DNA of 64,000 nucleotides from an uncultured Bacteroidota bacterium (GTDB lineage: Bacteria; Bacteroidota; Bacteroidia; Bacteroidales; P3): contig CACYJU010000005.1 in assembly GCA_902774845.1 (NCBI GenBank), forward strand, positions 22,050 through 86,049. Reading direction: 5' to 3'. Both the position numbers and the translations under genes were made by a program. A model generated the notes under the pieces. The model saw only the letters and a list, made by a program, of their open reading frames with translations, was not told the DNA's origin and did not search any database. Of this stretch, positions 17,055 through 24,249 are shown piece by piece. Each line of letters opens with the position of its first letter. Within the stretch, counting starts at the first letter, position 1.

Positions 17055-17986
17055 ATCCATTGAAGAAATACATCTGGCTGGTGGATACTGTGATGAGGGC
17101 AGGGGAGAAGGGGGCTACTTTAAACCAGATCTCAAACGCCTACGCCTATGACGACGAGATAGGCGGCGGAGGGGAGTATAACCAGCGGTCGTTTCATAGA
17201 CACCGCAAGGAGGTGCAGGAACTGTTTGGCATCGAAATCGAGTGCTACAGTGACGGCAGTCAGTTCCGCTACCGTGTGGCCGACAGCGGCAAGGAGGGAT
17301 ATTTCCGTCGCTGGCTGCTTGACTCGATAGCCGTGAACCGCATTTTGTGGACTGCGACCATAGGGAGCGACCCGCAAAAAAGCGACAGCAAGGATGTAGC
17401 GCCATATATAGCCATCGAAGAAACGAGGTCGGAGCCGTTGCCGATAGTGCTGCAGGCGTTGAAACAGCAGCAGATGGTGCAGTTTGACTACCAGCCATAC
17501 TGGAGCAAAGAGGCTGTCCACTATTTCAACTTCCAGCCTCATGCGTTGAAGATGTTCGAGCGGAGGTGGTATCTCATAGGCCGCTATAAAGAAGAGATGC
17601 CGCATATCATACTGGCGTTGGACAGGGTCTCTGGAATGGAGCTGCAGGAAGAATCGTATGAGAGGGATCCGGATTTCGACGTGGAGGAGATGTTCCGCGA
17701 CAGCTACGGTATCATCCTTAAAGCCGACGAGGTTGCTGTGGAAGAGGTGTGGCTGAAGGTGGATCCTTATCAGGCGAACTATGTGCGGTCGTTGCCGCTG
17801 CATCACTCGCAGTTCGAGGTGAAGCAGACGGACGAGTTCTCTGTGTTTTGTATGAGGTTGCGTCCGACGTTGGATTTCATTCAGAAGCTGCTGTCGTTGG
17901 GAAGTACGGTGGAGGTGATGAAACCAGAATGGTTGAGAGATGAGATGCGGAAGGAAATAAAAAGTATGCTGGGAAAATACAAATGA
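17051..17986 (+). CDS. WYL-domain transcriptional regulator
   Basis: N-terminal wHTH-like KKYIWLVDTVMRAGEKGATLNQIS, and a literal FERRWYLIGRY. A 4-nt ATGA overlap with the upstream gene indicates an operon. Confidence 0.75.
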   Translation: MNPLKKYIWLVDTVMRAGEKGATLNQISNAYAYDDEIGGGGEYNQRSFHRHRKEVQELFGIEIECYSDGSQFRYRVADSGKEGYFRRWLLDSIAVNRILWTATIGSDPQKSDSKDVAPYIAIEETRSEPLPIVLQALKQQQMVQFDYQPYWSKEAVHYFNFQPHALKMFERRWYLIGRYKEEMPHIILALDRVSGMELQEESYERDPDFDVEEMFRDSYGIILKADEVAVEEVWLKVDPYQANYVRSLPLHHSQFEVKQTDEFSVFCMRLRPTLDFIQKLLSLGSTVEVMKPEWLRDEMRKEIKSMLGKYK

Positions 17987-18178
17987 AGTCACAAAAGAGA
18001 CAGACTAAAACACCTGCTTGATTGCGTTAAAGCGTGAGTGGTAATAAGATATGGAAATAGGTGGGAATTAAGAACTATCCTGCTCACACCTTAGCACATG
18101 CCTATATTAGCACTCTCACTTATGTAATGACCCTGTGAAATGTTAATTTTCGTGCAAGAACGAGAGCAGTGATAAATA

Positions 18179-18186
18179 TTATCTTT
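18179..18186 (+). promoter_or_regulatory. Orphan -7 promoter box TAtcTTTG
   Basis: aatatTATCTTTGccgag. No ORF longer than 17 codons follows on this strand before the terminator-like hairpin at 18546. Confidence 0.5.
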
Positions 18187-18384
18187 GCCGAGTCGTAGCC
18201 GAAAATGACACCACCCGTCGGTGGCAACTTGGGCGAAAGCGGCGTTAAAAAATCTTAATTTTGATATTTGGTAAGGTTGATGTCTTGACTTTACTATGAC
18301 TTAACTATGACTTTACCATAACGTAACGAAGGAAGAAGGAAAAATTATGATGGAGGATGTCCTGCACTGAAGGTGGTATGGGTG

Positions 18385-18528
18385 GTGTATACAAAGTGTA
18401 TAGAAGGTGTATACAAAGTGTATAGAGGGTGTATACAAAGTGTATAGAGGGTGTATACAAAGTGTATAGGGGACTGTACACAAACTGTATAGAGGACTGT
18501 ATACAAACTGTATACAAATTGTATGAAA
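18385..18528. repeat. Thirteen tandem 11-bp units (GTGTATACAAA alternating with GTGTATAGAGG, degenerating to ACTGTATACAA)
   Basis: Read directly from the sequence. The period is 11 bp (22-bp super-unit), and each unit contains a TGTATA core. Confidence 0.95.
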
Positions 18529-18545
18529 AATAATATGAATCAGTA

Positions 18546-18587
18546 ATTTATGATTAGATTTGGGTGTTTATCATAAATGCTTTTTTT
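18546..18587 (+). terminator. Weak AT-rich hairpin plus T-run
   Basis: ATTTATGAT (18546-54) pairs with ATCATAAAT (18570-78), followed by gcttttttt. Confidence 0.4.
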
Positions 18588-18634
18588 CTCACGATAAATA
18601 ACCTTCCAGTACCTTTGTAGCCGAAATCAATCGT

Positions 18635-19546
18635 TCAACTGTCTTCATACATGGAAGCCATATTCAGCAGAGTCGATTTGATTTGAGTTCTTAGAGATTT
18701 TGGTTTAAGGATTTCGACTTTGTTGTCGTAGGTGAGCAGTTCATGTATGAAATCCGGTGTGGGACGAAGAAAAAGGCGGAAAATACTATAGTCGTCGGTA
18801 GTGGTGATTTCTTCCTGACTATCGTGCAAAGGCAGCGATCGCAGATATTTGGCCGAGACGTTGTTAACCTTGAGTTCTATGATTTGCGGGGGAATCTTGG
18901 CATCAAGGAAAACACCGAAGAAACTGCCAAAGAAGTCGGTCGGGTTGAAGTTGTCTGGTAGTCCAAATGTGTCAGCTTGGAGCTTCAAGTCTGACATGCG
19001 GTCGAGGGCATATATCTTGCACTTGTCGAGAGTCTTTCCGCCGTAGAGGTACCAGCGTCGTTTGTACATCTTTAGACATACTGGCATGAAGTCATTGTAA
19101 TACAGCTCATCTTGTTTTTGGAAACGAGTGTATAGGAAGCTTATTTTGTGGTTCTGCTGTATGGCTTGAAGGCATAGTGTGAGGTTTGGCTCCGACGACG
19201 GAACCTCTTCGAGGATAATGCGGTCGCGGATTTTGTCGTTCTCCGAAAGCAGGTTGTTGAGCGAGATCGACTCAAGCAGCCATTTGCGGAATGGCGAGGT
19301 GTGGCGTATTGAGTCGTTATCGGCGATATAGTATCGATAATTGTCGCTGTGGCAAAGAATTTCTATATCAAATATTTCGGCAATATCGTGACGGTGGTTG
19401 TGGAAAGTCCGGATGTTGTATTGTCCGCCACCCGAGATAAAGTCAGATTTTGTATATTTGTTGCTGATTTCTTCAAACGTAAGTCCATATTCTCCAGCAT
19501 GTGAAAGTGTGTCAATCAGCCATATATATTTGTTTAGGATATTCAT
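18635..19546 (-). CDS. WYL-domain transcriptional regulator (paralog of 17051-17986)
   Basis: MNILNKYIWLIDTLSHAGEYGLTFEEIS parallels the 17051 protein, and YKRRWYLYGGK is present. The start is set at 19546, downstream of a minus-strand TAttTTTG box (plus-strand caaaaata at 19568-19575). Confidence 0.75.
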   Translation of the reverse strand: MNILNKYIWLIDTLSHAGEYGLTFEEISNKYTKSDFISGGGQYNIRTFHNHRHDIAEIFDIEILCHSDNYRYYIADNDSIRHTSPFRKWLLESISLNNLLSENDKIRDRIILEEVPSSEPNLTLCLQAIQQNHKISFLYTRFQKQDELYYNDFMPVCLKMYKRRWYLYGGKTLDKCKIYALDRMSDLKLQADTFGLPDNFNPTDFFGSFFGVFLDAKIPPQIIELKVNNVSAKYLRSLPLHDSQEEITTTDDYSIFRLFLRPTPDFIHELLTYDNKVEILKPKSLRTQIKSTLLNMASMYEDS

Positions 19547-19618
19547 GATAAGGAGTTTTCTTCTTTTGCAAAAATAATATTTTTCTGTGGTATGAAACAG
19601 ATTTGCACACCTCAGGTG

Positions 19619-19626
19619 TATCTTTG
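19619..19626 (+). promoter_or_regulatory. -7 promoter box TAtcTTTG for the zinc-ribbon/nuclease operon
   Basis: gtgTATCTTTGcaaaaaa lies 29 nt upstream of the ATG at 19655. It is divergent from the WYL gene promoter. Confidence 0.6.
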
Positions 19627-19654
19627 CAAAAAATTCAAAACGATTAACAAACAA

Positions 19655-19861
19655 ATGGAAAGATGCAAATGGTGTGGCCGTCCGATTCAAGGAATCGGCG
19701 TGTCCGACGGATTCATAAGCTTCAGCGGACGTTACTGCTCAGAGAAATGCAAAGAAGAACATCGTCAAAGCAAAGCCGCAAAAGGCAAATCCGGCAAATC
19801 AAGCCTAATCTGGTGGATAATAGCCGCAATAGCGCTAGCAATCCTCTTTATGGCAAAATGA
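19655..19861 (+). CDS. Small zinc-ribbon protein with a C-terminal TM helix (68 aa)
   Basis: MERCKWCGRPIQ ... YCSEKCKEEH, then SLIWWIIAAIALAILFMA. Confidence 0.55.
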   Translation: MERCKWCGRPIQGIGVSDGFISFSGRYCSEKCKEEHRQSKAAKGKSGKSSLIWWIIAAIALAILFMAK

Positions 19862-19888
19862 ATTAATAATCAATAAAATACAAGTATT

Positions 19889-20611
19889 ATGGCACAAATT
19901 GGACGTGGTTACGGTAGCGAGTTTCAGTTGTTGAGATTTATTGGACGACACAGAAATATGCTCGAAAAACTTATTTCCGAACAAATAGGTGTAACGGGAA
20001 CTTTCAATTGGCAGGATTTTGAATACGCTAATCCCGAGTCAAGCATCGCGTGTGACTCCGAACTCAAAGGATTGTCGTTTCTTAAGGGTCATCCCAAGTA
20101 TGATGAGGTATATTCTGAATATCTCAAATATAACATAAATCGATGTGACTCATGGCAGAGTTGGGACGCGGTATTTACCCTAAATGGTGTGATTTATCTC
20201 GTTGAAGCAAAGGCGTACGCAAAAGAGATAGGCCCTAAAGATAAGATGCATGGTGACAATTCCAAGGAAGCAATCAGGAAATTTATGGAGGACATGCTGC
20301 CCGATCTCCCGGTTTCGGAAAAGTGGATGCGACGTTACTATCAGTTAACTAACCGTCTTGCCACAACTGCGTTACTGCAAAAACATGGGGTAGAAGCTAA
20401 AACACTCTGCATTTACTTCGTGAATGGCTATAGGAAAAGAATCGAGGTTTCGCGTAAACTAATAGAGGTGGATAACAAGAATACATCCAAAGAAGAGTTT
20501 CAGCAAGCCATAAAAACAGAGCTATTCGAGTTGGATGTTAAAGAATCACAGGTATCAAACCTTTTAGCCCCACCGGTTTTTATAGACGCTGAACGCGACT
20601 ATTCAAAATAG
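19889..20611 (+). CDS. PD-(D/E)xK nuclease-like protein A
   Basis: WDAVFTLNGVIYLVEAKAY gives D-x12-E-x-K. AT-rich gene. Confidence 0.5.
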   Translation: MAQIGRGYGSEFQLLRFIGRHRNMLEKLISEQIGVTGTFNWQDFEYANPESSIACDSELKGLSFLKGHPKYDEVYSEYLKYNINRCDSWQSWDAVFTLNGVIYLVEAKAYAKEIGPKDKMHGDNSKEAIRKFMEDMLPDLPVSEKWMRRYYQLTNRLATTALLQKHGVEAKTLCIYFVNGYRKRIEVSRKLIEVDNKNTSKEEFQQAIKTELFELDVKESQVSNLLAPPVFIDAERDYSK

Positions 20612-20648
20612 CATTAATAAAATTATTAACCATCAAAATACAAGTGTT

Positions 20649-21371
20649 ATGGAAATATTCGCAAAAAATGAAAAAATTCAAAGTCTTGAGAATTGGAAAA
20701 ATAACATCTCCATCAGTCAGTGGAAAGAGGGTCGTAGTGCATATTCGCTTGCGAAGTATTTTATTAGTCATAAGAAAGATGCAGAAGACCTTATACAGTC
20801 GATGTTAGAATTTGTGTCGGAAAGGGAAAATAAAGAATTAAGCATTAAAGATGTTGTCGCAGAGATTGAACATGCTTCTAAATTCGATGACTATAGGAGG
20901 GATAGAATGCAGGATTTAGCCATTTACAATAATAAGGGGGGCTACTTTCCTTTTTTTATGGGCATTGAAGCTAAAGTTGATGAACCGTTTGGTGATACGA
21001 TTAAGGTTGCAAAGAAAAAAATAAAATCACCCAGAGTAGTTGACTTGATATCCAAGTATGTCCCTGGAAAAAATAGTGATGGTTATCGATATCAACTTCT
21101 GCATTACCTGGCAGGTTCCGTTTGCGAGAATTCGGATTTGATATTGATGCCTATTTTGGTGTTCAAAACGCATTTATACAGTAATATGCGTGGAAAAAAA
21201 AACAAAGAAGAATACGATAAATTCTTTGGCGAGTTAATGGATTTTAACAGAATTGAAAGCGAAGAAGATTGGAATGTTTATTATGTAGAGTTGGGTGTCA
21301 AGCATGTTTACACCTTTTACATTGAAATAAACTACGAAGATATGGATGGTAATAACAAACTTATCAAATGA
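20649..21371 (+). CDS. PD-(D/E)xK nuclease-like protein B
   Basis: QDLAIYNNKGGYFPFFMGIEAKVDE gives D-x17-E-x-K, with an upstream helix Glu (AEIEHASKFD). Confidence 0.5.
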   Translation: MEIFAKNEKIQSLENWKNNISISQWKEGRSAYSLAKYFISHKKDAEDLIQSMLEFVSERENKELSIKDVVAEIEHASKFDDYRRDRMQDLAIYNNKGGYFPFFMGIEAKVDEPFGDTIKVAKKKIKSPRVVDLISKYVPGKNSDGYRYQLLHYLAGSVCENSDLILMPILVFKTHLYSNMRGKKNKEEYDKFFGELMDFNRIESEEDWNVYYVELGVKHVYTFYIEINYEDMDGNNKLIK

Positions 21372-22273
21372 TGAACAGGGATTTTTATTACGCAGAAAGA
21401 AAACGGCAGATAGAGTATATGCGTAAATACGAATTTGCCGAAACGAATTGTATATTGTGCAGTCGCGATTGTATCAACAATCTTTACTCAAAGATTCAAG
21501 AGGATGCCATAGAATATTTTAAACGGTACGATATTGCTTGGTGGCAATGTAAAGGCGAGAACAATATCCCATCTGGACATATAGTTTCTTCTCAAATTCA
21601 TTGCCTCAACCATCTGTTTGATATCCGCACAGATAAGGATGCGGTGAAACTTATCTCAGAAAAGGCAACAAGTATGCAGTTCGACGAGATATTGCCATCT
21701 CTCATTGACAACAAAGAAAAAAATTCATATATCACGTTTGAGTTTGCATTGGATAACGATAAGCTGCTTTGTGAAAATGATAAGGGAAGGAAAAGGGGTA
21801 CGTTATGTACTTCTATTGACGTGATGATTATGGCTCGAAAGGGAGATAGAAAATGGCTGATTCCAATCGAGTGGAAATATACAGAAACTTATAAAAGGGA
21901 AGATAAGACAAATGAAACACGCGAGTCAAGGTATTCAAAATTAATAGAAACCTCGAAAAGACTCAGAATGCCAGAAGATGGCATCCCTCATTCCGTCTAT
22001 TTCATAGAGCCAAACTACGAGCTGATGCGTCAAACTCTCTTGTGCGAGCAGCTGGTGGCAAACGGCTATGCTGACGATTTCTTCCATATAAATGTGATTC
22101 CAGCTGGCAACACAGAGTTGAGAGACGCGGTAGAAAAGGAGTTTATTCCTATGCTTAAAGACGATTCGAAATTCAAAATTATCGATCCGCAGGACTTGCT
22201 TTCTCCGCTTGAGGAAAAGAATATGCACCCGGAACTGATAGAGTACCTCAAAAAAAGGTATTGGTATAGATGA
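21368..22273 (+). CDS. PD-(D/E)xK nuclease-like protein C (restriction-endonuclease-like)
   Basis: SIDVMIMARKGDRKWLIPIEWKYTE gives D-x16-E-x-K, plus an N-terminal GHIVSSQIHCLNHLF segment. A 4-nt ATGA overlap links it to the preceding gene. Confidence 0.5.
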   Translation: MMNRDFYYAERKRQIEYMRKYEFAETNCILCSRDCINNLYSKIQEDAIEYFKRYDIAWWQCKGENNIPSGHIVSSQIHCLNHLFDIRTDKDAVKLISEKATSMQFDEILPSLIDNKEKNSYITFEFALDNDKLLCENDKGRKRGTLCTSIDVMIMARKGDRKWLIPIEWKYTETYKREDKTNETRESRYSKLIETSKRLRMPEDGIPHSVYFIEPNYELMRQTLLCEQLVANGYADDFFHINVIPAGNTELRDAVEKEFIPMLKDDSKFKIIDPQDLLSPLEEKNMHPELIEYLKKRYWYR

Positions 22274-22351
22274 ACTCTGTACCTCAGTCAGCGCTAATGT
22301 GCGTTTGAGAAAGTTGAATTGTAGGTTATTTCGACATTAGGTTAGGAATTT

Positions 22352-23545
22352 ATGACAGAACAGGATTATAGAAATTATTTGATAGGACGGACATTTGAAG
22401 AGCCTGCAGGGTGGATGAATGACTTGGTTGCGTCAACTGATTGGCGGCATCGGTGGTTCGCAGCAAGGATGCGCTGCGGTTTGAATCGACTTGCGTCCGA
22501 CTCCTCTGCCGATGTGCGGGTGGAGGTCGCTTGGCAGAAATTCAGATTGGACGAATTGTCCAAAGACCCCGACCCTCGAGTCAGCTGGGCCGCAAAGCGG
22601 TGCGAGGCGATGAGCTGGGAGGAGGTGTATGATAGATACACAACCTTCGAGATGGATTATGAGGGGTTGCTCGAGTTGTTGAATAACGTCCATATCGGTG
22701 GACTTGTGAGTTCCGACGAGCGCAATCGTGCGTTCAGACGTCTGTTCGACGAAGGTTGGCCGCTCGATGGGGGTAACATGCGGATATGGATAGAAAAAAC
22801 CTGCTGCCCCGAACTGGTTTGTGCGACTCTGAAACGGGAAAAATGCAACTTGGAGAGAACGCTGATCCTGACTTCTCATAACAGAAACGGTCGGGAAATA
22901 AGGGGTGTGGTTGCGGAGCAACTCGGTTTAGAACGGAGTGAGATCACATCCTCAACCCCTGAAGATCTCAGCGTTATGCTGCTACGCAAATATGCCGACA
23001 AGGTCGGATTGAACCCGTTGTTCACCATAGTGGAGGACTCTGCCGACGATGATGAAGTGTGCAGAAAAGACCTTATCGACAGTGCGTTCGCATTGATGCT
23101 TGATCATCGTGATGCGATGGGAGATGCAAATTCTTTGTTCGACTGGATCATCGATGAGGAGGGAAACGCCTTTTGGACGAGTGGCGTAAGGGTATGCGAT
23201 ATGCTGTATTACTACAAAATCACCGACGAAACAAAGCGGCGATGGCTGATAAAAAGCAACTGCTGGATGTCGCAATGGCGTGATCGTATCGACGAAATCT
23301 ACCGTTGCGGTGATGAGTCGGAACAGGAACGCTTGGAGCGCGACCTTCTCGCCTACCGTAATCCGAGAAAAGCCGCCAACGCATTCAAAAACAGATGGTG
23401 GATAACGGATGCCTTGGATGCGATTGTCGCATGGGAACCTGAATTGGCCGATGCTCCGAAAAGCCAGCAGTTCGAAATCGTAAAATATGCGGTGGAACAA
23501 ATGAGAAAGAACGAACTTGACAACATGTTTGATATCGAACTATGA
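22352..23545 (+). CDS. Hypothetical protein with HEAT/PBS-lyase-like repeats at the N-terminus
   Basis: Repeats STDWRHRWFAA, DSSADVRVEVAW and DPDPRVSWAAK. The GC content returns to the core level here. Confidence 0.4.
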   Translation: MTEQDYRNYLIGRTFEEPAGWMNDLVASTDWRHRWFAARMRCGLNRLASDSSADVRVEVAWQKFRLDELSKDPDPRVSWAAKRCEAMSWEEVYDRYTTFEMDYEGLLELLNNVHIGGLVSSDERNRAFRRLFDEGWPLDGGNMRIWIEKTCCPELVCATLKREKCNLERTLILTSHNRNGREIRGVVAEQLGLERSEITSSTPEDLSVMLLRKYADKVGLNPLFTIVEDSADDDEVCRKDLIDSAFALMLDHRDAMGDANSLFDWIIDEEGNAFWTSGVRVCDMLYYYKITDETKRRWLIKSNCWMSQWRDRIDEIYRCGDESEQERLERDLLAYRNPRKAANAFKNRWWITDALDAIVAWEPELADAPKSQQFEIVKYAVEQMRKNELDNMFDIEL

Positions 23546-24147
23546 AGATTATTCACATATCTGACACTCACGGCAAACACCGCGACCTCGCCCCTCTGCC
23601 CGACGGCGACGTGCTGGTACACAGCGGCGACTGCTCCTTTGCGGGCAGCGACAACGAGGCACTTGATTTCCTCAACTGGTTCTGCGGCCAACCGCACAAG
23701 CACAAAGTCTTCGTTGCAGGAAACCATGATGTTGCGATGTGGGACGCAAAAATCGAAGGCCTTCCCGATAACGTGCATGTTCTCTCGGACAGCAACATCA
23801 GCATCGATGGCAAACTCTTCTACGGTGCTCCAATGCAGATGGGAGTTAAGAACGGCAAGCTTAAGGTCGTCGAGCAATACGATCTGATTCCCCGAGGCGT
23901 TGACGTTCTGATAACTCATCGACCGCCAATGGGCATTCTTGATCTCGACAGCGCTGGGCGTCATTTCGGTAGCACAAAACTATTCGAGCGAGTTTCTGAA
24001 CTGAAGCCCCAGCTGCATCTTTTCGGTCACGTCCACAGCGCGTATGGAACAACGTTGTGGAAAGACATCACCTTCGTCAACGGAAGCGTGGTTGACGACC
24101 ACTATTCCCTAATGACAAATCAACCAGTGCAAGTGATAGAAATCTAA
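23542..24147 (+). CDS. Metallophosphoesterase (calcineurin-like)
   Basis: IHISDTHGKH, HSGDCSF, AGNHD, ITHRPP, GHVH. A 4-nt overlap links it to the upstream gene. Confidence 0.8.
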   Translation: MKIIHISDTHGKHRDLAPLPDGDVLVHSGDCSFAGSDNEALDFLNWFCGQPHKHKVFVAGNHDVAMWDAKIEGLPDNVHVLSDSNISIDGKLFYGAPMQMGVKNGKLKVVEQYDLIPRGVDVLITHRPPMGILDLDSAGRHFGSTKLFERVSELKPQLHLFGHVHSAYGTTLWKDITFVNGSVVDDHYSLMTNQPVQVIEI

Positions 24148-24249
24148 TGTGTTACAATTGCTGACAAGTTGTGAATAACTTCATGTCTCACAATTGGGAT
24201 TTTTAATCTATCTTTACACTCTCAAAACATCATCAAAAAGTAGCACACT

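Noticed and set aside
18197-18250. A 17-codon mini-ORF (MTPPVGGNLGESGVKKS) right after the orphan promoter.
   Set aside because: There is no supporting evidence beyond its position. It is treated as part of a possible non-coding leader in the findings rather than as a gene.
18305-18517. A 70-aa minus-strand ORF (MYTVCIQSSIQFVYSPLYTLYT...).
   Set aside because: It is a translation artefact of the 11-bp tandem array. The peptide is itself periodic (YTLYT repeats) and has no start context.
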